From a virus (taxonomy: Duplodnaviria > Caudoviricetes): DNA of 36,967 nt. This document shows positions 27,073 to 34,386 of the stretch, in pieces. The translations under genes were made by a program, and so were the position numbers. The notes below the pieces were generated by a model. It was not told the origin of the DNA and did not search any database. It saw only the letters and a program-made list of their open reading frames with translations. The stretch lies in the IMG/VR virus record IMGVR_UViG_3300009001_000027, positions 1 through 36,967 of that record; one strand, 5' to 3'. Position 1 is the stretch's first letter. Each line of letters starts with the position of its first letter.

Positions 27073-27563
27073 AAACAAAACAAGTGCTTGATGTTTGTTG
27101 TGGATGTAAAATGATGTGGTTTGACAAAGAAGATAATCGAGCAATTTTTGCTGACAAAAGAAAAGGTAGTTTAGATGTCAGTCATTGTACAAGCAATCCA
27201 GGAAAAAAAATTATAAATCCTGATGTTATCCATGATTTTAGAAATATGAATTTTAAAAATGAATCTTTTTGGCATATTGTATTTGACCCACCTCATGTTA
27301 AAAACATTTCACTAAAATCTGTTACTGGATTTAGTTATGGTTCTTTAGATAAAGATACATGGAAAGATGATTTAAGAAAAGGGTTTGCAGAATGTTTTAG
27401 AGTTCTTAAACCAAATGGCACATTAATATTTAAGTGGAATGAAATTCAAATACCTTTAAAAGAAGTGCTATCATTAACTAAATACAAACCTCTTTATGGT
27501 CATAGAAGTGGTAAAAGTGCCAAAACACATTGGGTTGCATTTATAAAAAATGTATCGCTCTAA
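27069..27563 (+). CDS. SAM-dependent DNA amino-methyltransferase
   Basis: 'VLDVCCG', 'FDPPH', 'ECFRVLKPNG.LIFKW'. Confidence 0.85.
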   Translation: MKTKQVLDVCCGCKMMWFDKEDNRAIFADKRKGSLDVSHCTSNPGKKIINPDVIHDFRNMNFKNESFWHIVFDPPHVKNISLKSVTGFSYGSLDKDTWKDDLRKGFAECFRVLKPNGTLIFKWNEIQIPLKEVLSLTKYKPLYGHRSGKSAKTHWVAFIKNVSL

Positions 27564-27825
27564 AAAACTTTTAGTATTATTAAGAGAATTGCCTTGTATG
27601 AATTGTGGCACATCAGATGGAACTGTATGTGCTGCACATCGTAATCAAGGAAAAGGCATGGGTCTGAAGAATAGTGATGCTTTAGTTGCAGCATTATGTC
27701 ATAAGTGCCACCATGAGCTAGACAATGGTAAAGAGTTGAGTAAGGAAGAACGAAGGCATATGTGGGATCAGGCTTATATAGATACGATGCAGTATCTGAT
27801 AGAGACTGGGAGGTTAAAATGCTAG
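27550..27825 (+). CDS. Zn-binding HNH-like protein (DUF1364-like)
   Basis: CxxC, 'AAH', 'GKGMGLK..D', CxxCH. Confidence 0.7.
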   Translation: MYRSKKLLVLLRELPCMNCGTSDGTVCAAHRNQGKGMGLKNSDALVAALCHKCHHELDNGKELSKEERRHMWDQAYIDTMQYLIETGRLKC

Positions 27826-28016
27826 AATATTGTTTAGTAGTTTATTTAACAATGGAAGAACCTAAATATATAGGTCACTTTGAAAGCTGTTCAGTAGCTA
27901 ATAACTATGTTCAGGAATATTATCATGATGCTCCATATACAATTTGTTTGCATGAAGATTATATAAATTTGCCAGATCATCTGGTAAAAAAGGAAATATA
28001 TGAAGCAGACTTTTGA
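27819..28016 (+). CDS. Hypothetical protein
   Basis: GGGAGG RBS before ATG 27819. Confidence 0.55.
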   Translation: MLEYCLVVYLTMEEPKYIGHFESCSVANNYVQEYYHDAPYTICLHEDYINLPDHLVKKEIYEADF

Positions 28017-28431
28017 CAATGATCTTGCAAGAGGTGAAAAAGTTGAGAATGATGTTTTAAAAATCATTCAAAAAAAATATCCTAAGGCATATAAAATAGA
28101 AGGGTATTGTAAAGAGTATGATTTATATGTCCCAGATGTTGGAGGCATAGAAGTAAAGTATGATGAGATGAGTCAGCAGACAGGAAATATTGTAATTGAG
28201 ATAGAAATGTTTGGTAAGCCATCAGCACTAATGAGCACAAAAGCATATCGCTGGATTATATTTGATGGTCAAGATTACATTTCATTTGATCCAAAAAATA
28301 TTAAGAAATGTATTAATGAAAATAACTTACAATATGCTACATTTACTGGAAAAGGCGATAAGTTTTCAAAGAAGGCTTATTTAATTAAAAAAAAATTATT
28401 ATATAACTATGGAGTAAAAATAAATGTCTAA
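28000..28431 (+). CDS. PD-(D/E)XK nuclease-fold protein
   Basis: 'G..E', 'YDL', 'IEVKYD', 'TGNIVIE'. Confidence 0.65.
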   Translation: MKQTFDNDLARGEKVENDVLKIIQKKYPKAYKIEGYCKEYDLYVPDVGGIEVKYDEMSQQTGNIVIEIEMFGKPSALMSTKAYRWIIFDGQDYISFDPKNIKKCINENNLQYATFTGKGDKFSKKAYLIKKKLLYNYGVKINV

Positions 28432-28561
28432 GGGAAGCTCACCAAGACCTATACCAAACCCTAAACAGTTTGAAGATAATTGGGACAAAATATTTGGAAA
28501 GAAGGAAAAAAATGGCAGGGATGTCACCGACTCAGTTAAGCCTGAGAAAACTAAAAAGTGA
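28424..28561 (+). CDS. Phage micro-protein, 45 aa (not in ORF track)
   Basis: MSKGSSPRPIPNPKQFEDNWDKIFGKK...; GGAG RBS; KGSxPRP..NWDxIF is a motif I recognise from aquatic phages. Confidence 0.65.
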   Translation: MSKGSSPRPIPNPKQFEDNWDKIFGKKEKNGRDVTDSVKPEKTKK

Positions 28562-28835
28562 AGGTTATGAAACTGTACAGGTCGTTGAGGTCTGGATACC
28601 TTTTAGTCGTACTCGCAGGGATCTTTTTGGAGCATGGGATATACTTGCAGTTAAAAATGGAGAAACCGTTGCCATACAGGTTACTTCCAAATCAAATATG
28701 TCAGCTAGAATTAAGAAGATTGCAGACAACGATCATGTAAAAAATTTAAGGGAAGCCAACTGGACTTTATTAGTTCATGGTTGGTTTAAAAATAAATCTA
28801 ATCGCTGGGAGGTAAAGGAAGAAGATGTCAGTTAA
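28512..28835 (+). CDS. Holliday-junction-resolvase-like PD-(D/E)XK nuclease
   Basis: 'LKSEGY..VE', 'DLFGAWDILAV', 'AIQVTS'. Confidence 0.6.
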   Translation: MAGMSPTQLSLRKLKSEGYETVQVVEVWIPFSRTRRDLFGAWDILAVKNGETVAIQVTSKSNMSARIKKIADNDHVKNLREANWTLLVHGWFKNKSNRWEVKEEDVS

Positions 28836-29256
28836 TAATTATGCAGCAAATTTTACATTTGATGTAAAAGGACAAAAGTTAAAAAGAAAAGAACTGGTAG
28901 ATTTAATTTTAAATATGTTAAAAGAACAGCCAATGACTATACCAATGTTGCAAAAAGAACTTGGCATGGAAATGCAACAGGTTAGAAACTTTCATCGATG
29001 GATGGTTGTTAATGACTTTATCATGAATACCGGTAAAAAGAAGGGCGATTATTTTTTATATAAAGTTTATAGAGAATGTTTATTAGCTGAACTACTTTAC
29101 CCATCACCGAAAGAAATTCATAGTCAATTTAAAGTAAAAGAAGTCATCAAGAAAAAAGCTGAAGATTTTAAAAGCAGAAGATCAGGTTCACAACGAAATG
29201 CTTTTGGTTATAGTGACCACCATTTAAATTCAGTTTATTTTGCAAGCGGAGACTAA
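28825..29256 (+). CDS. Hypothetical protein, possible winged HTH
   Basis: 'ILNMLKEQPMTIPMLQKELGM..QVR' pattern. Confidence 0.5.
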   Translation: MSVNNYAANFTFDVKGQKLKRKELVDLILNMLKEQPMTIPMLQKELGMEMQQVRNFHRWMVVNDFIMNTGKKKGDYFLYKVYRECLLAELLYPSPKEIHSQFKVKEVIKKKAEDFKSRRSGSQRNAFGYSDHHLNSVYFASGD

Positions 29257-29257
29257 A

Positions 29258-29578
29258 ATGGAAATGAATAGACTATTAGATTTATTAGACAAATGGAAGT
29301 TGTACATGAAGTATGATAATCATAAGTTAGGGTATCCGAGTAAATCAATAGGAATGTCATCAGGAGGAGCATCTGGTAGTTTTGATGATATGTATGATGA
29401 GGTCGAAGATGATAATGTCAAGACCGTAGATGCAGTTATTCATAGTTTAGATCATGAAGAACAAAAGGCAATTTATGCGAGATACTTAGGAACAAAGAAA
29501 CCAATGTATTACGAAGTCAAATTACAAATTGCAATAGATAATTTACTTCATATAGTAGGAAAAAGAATAGGAGCATAA
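29258..29578 (+). CDS. Antitermination protein Q-like
   Basis: 'LLDKW..LGYPSKS..VDAVIHSL..AIYARY' pattern; last gene of the nin-like region. Confidence 0.55.
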   Translation: MEMNRLLDLLDKWKLYMKYDNHKLGYPSKSIGMSSGGASGSFDDMYDEVEDDNVKTVDAVIHSLDHEEQKAIYARYLGTKKPMYYEVKLQIAIDNLLHIVGKRIGA

Positions 29579-29591
29579 TATTTTTTTATAC

Positions 29592-29656
29592 AAAATGCTT
29601 GACAATTTATTTGATTTTGATACAATATTTATGTGGTGATAATAATTAAGGAGAAA
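29592..29656 (+). promoter_or_regulatory. Repeated sigma70 promoter + RBS, copy 2
   Basis: AAAATGC-TTGACA(29599-29604)-16 bp-TACAAT (TGn extended)-ATTTATGTGGTGATAATAATTAAGGAGAAA. Confidence 0.85.
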
Positions 29657-29659
29657 GAG

Positions 29660-29842
29660 ATGGAAAAATTGTGGGATTTGGGTGGTTTGATTCCTGACTT
29701 CGCTAAAGAAGAGATGGAGAAAAAAGTGTTGGCTTACATTGCTAAAGATCCAATCAATATCGCTAGGGTTCAAAAGATGGCTTACGACTACTGCAAGAAT
29801 AATGAAAAATTGATTGTAGCTATAATGAAAGGGGGTGCATGA
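29660..29842 (+). CDS. Early hypothetical protein
   Basis: ATG 29660 follows the AAGGAG RBS of promoter copy 2. Confidence 0.65.
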   Translation: MEKLWDLGGLIPDFAKEEMEKKVLAYIAKDPINIARVQKMAYDYCKNNEKLIVAIMKGGA

Positions 29843-30114
29843 TGGTAGTTTTAGATATGAAACCTGAAAATGCAAAGTTCTGGGTTGGTGACTATGAGTA
29901 TTATAAAGACAATGTTTTCTTTAATGCTTGTAAATGTGCTAATCCAAATTGTCAGAATTTAATTCAACTAGCTAACCCAGTGGAGGTTAAAGTCAAAGAT
30001 CCTAAAGTAATGCAAGCTGCTCAAGAAGACAAAGTTGATGCTGCCTTACTTGACATCTATGAAGACTACGGTTTTGATGATGACGGTGAGGTTCTTTGTG
30101 GTGAATGTTATTAA
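29839..30114 (+). CDS. Cys-rich (Zn-binding) hypothetical protein
   Basis: CKCANPNC..CGECY; ATGA overlap. Confidence 0.6.
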   Translation: MMVVLDMKPENAKFWVGDYEYYKDNVFFNACKCANPNCQNLIQLANPVEVKVKDPKVMQAAQEDKVDAALLDIYEDYGFDDDGEVLCGECY

Positions 30115-30124
30115 GGAGGAAATC

Positions 30125-30376
30125 ATGATAGATCAACATGAGCTATATGAAAAAGGTTATTACAATTATTGGTATGACACTACCGACAAAAACGGAGATA
30201 AAGTCAGGGCAGATGCTGAGTTTGCTCCTGATGAAAAATTAGTTAGTATTGTCTTATACGAATACGATGATGAGGGGTTTGTTGGTGATTATATAAAAGA
30301 AATTTTACCAGACAAAGTTAGCAAACCACATCTCGAGTGGATAACAATGAAATGGAAAAAAGAAAGGGTGAAATAA
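30125..30376 (+). CDS. Acidic hypothetical protein
   Basis: AAGGAGG RBS before ATG 30125. Confidence 0.6.
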   Translation: MIDQHELYEKGYYNYWYDTTDKNGDKVRADAEFAPDEKLVSIVLYEYDDEGFVGDYIKEILPDKVSKPHLEWITMKWKKERVK

Positions 30377-30392
30377 AATTCACCTTTTTTTT
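30363..30392 (+). terminator. Intrinsic terminator
   Basis: GGTGAA-ataaaa-TTCACC followed by T8. Confidence 0.75.
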
Positions 30393-30396
30393 ACAC

Positions 30397-30461
30397 AAAA
30401 TGCTTGACAAATATTTTGTATTTGGTATTATATATATGTAGTGATAATTAATGAGGAGAAA
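30397..30461 (+). promoter_or_regulatory. Repeated sigma70 promoter + RBS, copy 3
   Basis: AAAATGC-TTGACA(30404-30409)-16 bp-TATTAT (TGn extended)-ATATATGTAGTGATAATTAATGAGGAGAAA. Confidence 0.85.
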
Positions 30462-30572
30462 ATGATGGGTGTTGTAGAGAAATGTTTGGTTGAGGCTGTT
30501 GTGTTGAATGTTGGGGTGGTCGGTATTGTTTTGATCGCTGTTGAAATTGGTAAATATTTGGGGGGCGCATAA
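30462..30572 (+). CDS. Hydrophobic micro-protein, 36 aa (not in ORF track)
   Basis: MMGVVEKCLVEAVVLNVGVVGIVLIAVEIGKYLGGA; follows GAGGAG RBS; TAATG-coupled. Confidence 0.65.
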   Translation: MMGVVEKCLVEAVVLNVGVVGIVLIAVEIGKYLGGA

Positions 30573-30781
30573 TGAACATTGCTGAATGGTTTAAAGTTAA
30601 TCTAAAAGAAAAAGATAGAGTGTTTAATCTTTATAATAATAATTTTAAAAATGGTAATTTTGAATTATGTGGTTATTACCTGTACAGAGCATTACAAATT
30701 GACATAGAAATAAATGAGAATAAAAGATTTCTTTGTTTAGTAGGCTTTGAAAAAAACGAAATTGAAAATGCAATTAATTAA
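30572..30781 (+). CDS. Hypothetical protein
   Basis: Translationally coupled 69-aa ORF. Confidence 0.55.
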   Translation: MNIAEWFKVNLKEKDRVFNLYNNNFKNGNFELCGYYLYRALQIDIEINENKRFLCLVGFEKNEIENAIN

Positions 30782-30794
30782 TAAGGAGATAATA

Positions 30795-31457
30795 ATGAGA
30801 AAAAAAGAGAAGTTAATTAAAGAAGTTCTTGATAAGGGGTATGTTGCTTATTGTATTCCAATGAACTTATGGGGTGCTGGTGCTAAAGAAGTGGAGGTCT
30901 ATGCCTTGCCTAGAAAAGACGAGAACGATTACATTGAGGCTCTTGCGTTTGCTGGTAAAGCTGAGAAACCTGCTTGGTATTACAAGTTTAAAAACAAAGA
31001 AGTCCTTGATTACTACATAGCAGAGCTTGTGAAAAAAAGAGAAGCTATGATTGAGGAAAAAGAGTTAGCTAAAAAGGAGAAAGAAGAAGAGTTAGCTGAG
31101 GAAAACGCTATGGCTGAGAAGTTTGATGTTGATGACTTAATTAAAATTAAGCAAGAAGCTAAAGCTGCTGCTGAAAAAGCTGCTGAAGACTACTGGTACA
31201 ATGAGCTAGATGGTGAAGATAAGTACAGTTGTGGTTTTGCTTGGGTTGAGATCTATGGCATTAATGGCAACAGCAAGCTCGGTAGAAAAATGAAAAAAGC
31301 TGGATTCAGTAAAAACTATAACGGTGCTTACGAGGTTTGGAATCCAAGCGGCATTGGCGCTCAAAACATTGATGTTAAAGAAAAAGGTGCGGATGCCTAT
31401 GCTAATGTGTTTAAAGAATACGGATTTAAAGCTTATGCCTGTAGCAGACTTGACTAA
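30795..31457 (+). CDS. Two-domain phage hypothetical protein
   Basis: AAGGAGATAATA RBS; N-domain 'AFAGKAEKPAWYYKF', E/K linker, C-domain 'CGFAWV..WNPSG..Q..KE.GA.AY..SRLD'. Confidence 0.7.
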   Translation: MRKKEKLIKEVLDKGYVAYCIPMNLWGAGAKEVEVYALPRKDENDYIEALAFAGKAEKPAWYYKFKNKEVLDYYIAELVKKREAMIEEKELAKKEKEEELAEENAMAEKFDVDDLIKIKQEAKAAAEKAAEDYWYNELDGEDKYSCGFAWVEIYGINGNSKLGRKMKKAGFSKNYNGAYEVWNPSGIGAQNIDVKEKGADAYANVFKEYGFKAYACSRLD

Positions 31458-31470
31458 TTAGTCTGCTTTT
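31443..31470 (+). terminator. Intrinsic terminator overlapping the late promoter -35
   Basis: AGCAGACT-tgactaatt-AGTCTGCT followed by T's. Confidence 0.6.
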
Positions 31471-31478
31471 GTTATAAT
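31450..31478 (+). promoter_or_regulatory. Putative late promoter (pR'-like)
   Basis: TTGACT-17 bp-TATAAT with TGn extension; upstream of all packaging and virion genes. Confidence 0.75.
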
Positions 31479-31533
31479 TCAGAGGTGGGAAAGTAGCGTC
31501 AAAATTTTCCCATTTCTTGATATGATTGATAAG

Positions 31534-31564
31534 ATGCCCAGATCCTCCACTGGGCATTTTTTTT
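31534..31564 (+). terminator. Intrinsic terminator in late leader (tR'-like)
   Basis: ATGCCCAG-atcctcca-CTGGGCAT followed by a long T-run. Confidence 0.8.
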
Positions 31565-31580
31565 ATTTAAAGGAATCATT

Positions 31581-31637
31581 ATGGCTGGTAAATGTAAAGG
31601 TAAAGGCAAAAAAGGTTACGGTAAGAAGGGTAAATAA
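31581..31637 (+). CDS. Lys/Gly micro-peptide, 18 aa (not in ORF track)
   Basis: MAGKCKGKGKKGYGKKGK; AAAGGA RBS; TAATG-coupled. Confidence 0.6.
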   Translation: MAGKCKGKGKKGYGKKGK

Positions 31638-31807
31638 TGTCACTCTATAGGAATATCCATGCAAAACGAAAAAGAATCAAAGCAGGATCAGGGGAACGAA
31701 TGGCAAGAAAAGGTGAGTCCGGTCGACCAACAGCAGCAGCATTTAAAGCAGCAGCAAAAACGGCAAAAAAACCTAAGTCTAAGCGAACTACTAAAAAGCG
31801 TGGGTGA
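31637..31807 (+). CDS. Basic phage protein, 56 aa (not in ORF track)
   Basis: MSLYRNIHAKRKRIKAGSGERM..PTAAAFKAAAKTAKK; 'LYxNIHAKRxRIxAGSGE' is a motif I recognise from aquatic phages. Confidence 0.75.
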   Translation: MSLYRNIHAKRKRIKAGSGERMARKGESGRPTAAAFKAAAKTAKKPKSKRTTKKRG

Positions 31808-31816
31808 TTGTATCTA

Positions 31817-31951
31817 ATGTGGAGTTGGCATATATATTGGGGATTTAACTTTGGCTTCGAGTGGTATGAAGGTGAGGTTGACGGTGATCCTGTAGACTAT
31901 TTTCTTATAAACATTGGGTGTCTACGAATACAAAAAGCGGAGTGGGCATAG
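31817..31951 (+). CDS. Aromatic-rich small protein, 44 aa (not in ORF track)
   Basis: MWSWHIYWGFNFGFEWYE..FLINIGCLRI; fills the gap exactly. Confidence 0.55.
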   Translation: MWSWHIYWGFNFGFEWYEGEVDGDPVDYFLINIGCLRIQKAEWA

Positions 31952-32205
31952 TGGCTGTTAAAAAGAAACGAGTAAACTTATCAGTAGGCAGAGGTGAGAA
32001 GTTGCCAGTAAGTCGAGGCGGTGGTTTGACAGCTAAGGGTAGAGCCAAATATAATAAAGCAACAGGAAGTAAACTAAAAGCACCAGTGACCGGCAAGGTT
32101 AAAGCAGGAAGTAAAGCAGCAAAGAGAAGGAAGTCATTTTGCGCTAGATCAGCAGGTTGGACAGGTGAAAGAGGTAAAGCAGCACGCAAAAGATGGAAGT
32201 GTTAG
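31951..32205 (+). CDS. Basic phage protein
   Basis: GTG start with GGAG RBS; 'GGLTAKGRAKYN..LKAP..RRKSFCAR..RKRWKC'. Confidence 0.75.
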   Translation: MAVKKKRVNLSVGRGEKLPVSRGGGLTAKGRAKYNKATGSKLKAPVTGKVKAGSKAAKRRKSFCARSAGWTGERGKAARKRWKC

Positions 32206-32402
32206 ACGATAGCCCTTGTAATGGGGTATGTCGTATGAAAGACAATCATTGTATATCATGTGGTAGAGACTACGAGGATTTAGCACAATGGTTATATATG
32301 TCTCGTGAAGCGAGACTAGAAAGAATGGAACAACTTAAACAAGTAATGACCCATAATGGAGTTACAAATGGAAAGAAGCGAAGCACAAAAAAAACAACTT
32401 GA
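32193..32402 (+). CDS. DUF1289-like Cys-rich protein
   Basis: 'SPCNGVCRM..CISCGR..E...W'. Confidence 0.7.
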   Translation: MEVLDDSPCNGVCRMKDNHCISCGRDYEDLAQWLYMSREARLERMEQLKQVMTHNGVTNGKKRSTKKTT

Positions 32403-32679
32403 AGAAGCTCGTAAAAAAGCTGCTGAAAAGAATAAGGGAAATACCCATTCTAGTAAAAAAAATAGAATATGGGGTGATATTATTCGTAAATTAGCCGTTC
32501 AGGAAGATTACAAACGGTTACATGAAATTGCTCATGCTTTATATACAAAAGCATCAGAGGGAGACATGACAGCAATTAAAGAGCTTGGTGACAGACTAGA
32601 TGGAAGAGCCGTACAAGAATTAAAAGGTGATTCTGAAAGTCCAGTTATCATTAAAGTGAATACTGGTATAGAAGACTAA
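32368..32679 (+). CDS. terS: Putative terminase small subunit
   Basis: 'GN', 'A..GDMTAIKELGDRLDGRAVQ' pattern; upstream of terL. Confidence 0.6.
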   Translation: MERSEAQKKQLEEARKKAAEKNKGNTHSSKKNRIWGDIIRKLAVQEDYKRLHEIAHALYTKASEGDMTAIKELGDRLDGRAVQELKGDSESPVIIKVNTGIED

Positions 32680-32680
32680 T

Positions 32681-33133
32681 ATGTATTACACATATGTTCA
32701 TTACGATATGAATCAAAAGCCAATCTATATTGGTAAGGGCAAAAATAGGCGAGCTTATGAAGCTAGAGATTACGGTCATCCATACACAGTAGAAATAGTC
32801 GATGACAACTTGCCTGAAATACAAGCACTAGAATTAGAAGAATTTTTAATTGCAGAAATTGGATTAAACAATTTATACAATGTTTTGCCTAAAGGTTATC
32901 CTTCTGGAAAACATAATCAAATACCTTTAAATGTTGATTATAAAAACTTATATCAGCAAGTAAGTAAATTAAATGTAGATGATTTACATCAGTTAGCAGA
33001 AACATTATTTCATGATGCCACTAAAGGAAATGTAAAAGCATTTAAGATTATTTATAAAATCTTAGGAAAGTATCGTCAACCTAAAATCAATGACTTGCTT
33101 CAGTCATACTCTGGAAAGTCATGGAAGAAATAG
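32681..33133 (+). CDS. GIY-YIG-like endonuclease with TerS-like C-terminal helices
   Basis: 'YYTYVHY..PIYIGKGK..RA..ALELEEFLI..LYN'. Confidence 0.75.
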   Translation: MYYTYVHYDMNQKPIYIGKGKNRRAYEARDYGHPYTVEIVDDNLPEIQALELEEFLIAEIGLNNLYNVLPKGYPSGKHNQIPLNVDYKNLYQQVSKLNVDDLHQLAETLFHDATKGNVKAFKIIYKILGKYRQPKINDLLQSYSGKSWKK

Positions 33134-34386
33134 ATATTGAAATAGGTTACGAGCCAAGAGGTCCGCAAACTTTAATTCACAGAGCGGTTAAACATAACAG
33201 ATTTAATGTAGTCGTTGCTCATCGTAGGATGGGTAAAACAGTTTCAGCTATAAATCAGTTAATACATAGTGCATTAAGATGTGACAAACCTAAACCACGA
33301 TTTGCTTACATTGCTCCTACATACAATCAGGCTAAAAGAGTAGCATGGGACTATTTAACAGAATATACGAGACCGTTAGATGCTAAAGCTAATATTGCAG
33401 AACTTAGAGTTGATTTTCATGACAGGCGTATATCTTTATACGGTGCTGATAATGTCGATTCTCTTCGTGGAATCTATCTCGATGGTGTAGTGATCGATGA
33501 GATTGGTGATGTAAATCCAAACCTATTTACAGAGGTTATCCGACCAGCTCTAGCAGACCGAAAAGGTTGGGCAATGTTTATTGGTACACCTAAAGGTGCT
33601 AACCACTTCAAGACATTAAGAGATAAAGCATACGCTAAAGACGATGGTTGGAACTTACTAGAGTTTAAAGCTAGCGACACTAAGATATTAGATCAGGAAG
33701 AGTTAGATGCTGCTTACAAGGCAATGGGTGAGTCAAAGTTTAATCAGGAATTTATGTGTTCATTTTCTGCACCAATTGAGGGTGCTTACTACGGTACATT
33801 AATAAACGACTTATACCTCAAAGGTCAGGTTGGTAATGTTCAGCACGATAGCATTGCTAAGACATTTACTGGCTGGGACTTAGGTATGGGTGATTCAACT
33901 GCAATCTGGGTAGCTCAGGTTGTTGGTAAAGAGATTCATTTAGTTGACTTTGTAGAGAATCATGGTGTAGGTCTTGATTATTATGTGAACTGGATCAGAG
34001 ATAACGGATATACACACGCTGAACACTTATTACCACACGATGTTCAGGTCAGAGAACTTGGCACAGGTAAGTCTCGCAAAGAGATGTTGGAAGAGTCAGG
34101 GTTACAAATAACAGTAGTAGCAAAGCTAGCAGTTGATGATGGTATTCAAGCGGTGAGACGGTTGTTACCTCGATGCTGGTTTGATGTAAAAACAAAACAA
34201 GGCTTAGATGCTCTGCAAAACTATCGTAGAACATACGATGATAAACGAGATGTATTCTTTGATAAGCCTGTACACGATTGGTGTTCTCATGCTTCAGATG
34301 CTTTCAGATACCTCGCAGTAGGTTTAGATGAAGGCAGTAGTGACTGGAGTAGACCACTAGACATAAACAATTCATGGGTAGTTTAA
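33121..34386 (+). CDS. terL: Terminase large subunit
   Basis: 'HRRMGKT' Walker A, 'VVIDE' Walker B, 'IGTPKG', 'WDLG', 'SHASDAFRY'. Confidence 0.95.
   Translation: MEEIDIEIGYEPRGPQTLIHRAVKHNRFNVVVAHRRMGKTVSAINQLIHSALRCDKPKPRFAYIAPTYNQAKRVAWDYLTEYTRPLDAKANIAELRVDFHDRRISLYGADNVDSLRGIYLDGVVIDEIGDVNPNLFTEVIRPALADRKGWAMFIGTPKGANHFKTLRDKAYAKDDGWNLLEFKASDTKILDQEELDAAYKAMGESKFNQEFMCSFSAPIEGAYYGTLINDLYLKGQVGNVQHDSIAKTFTGWDLGMGDSTAIWVAQVVGKEIHLVDFVENHGVGLDYYVNWIRDNGYTHAEHLLPHDVQVRELGTGKSRKEMLEESGLQITVVAKLAVDDGIQAVRRLLPRCWFDVKTKQGLDALQNYRRTYDDKRDVFFDKPVHDWCSHASDAFRYLAVGLDEGSSDWSRPLDINNSWVV

Noticed and set aside
27069-28431. Methyltransferase plus PD-(D/E)XK nuclease as a restriction-modification system
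   Set aside because: The genes are not adjacent and both types are routine singletons in nin-like regions.
20888-30794. Recurring AAGGAGATAAT motif (near 20890, 21135, 23025, 24540, 30785)
   Set aside because: Always sits at ribosome-binding position; treated as a preferred RBS rather than a separate element.
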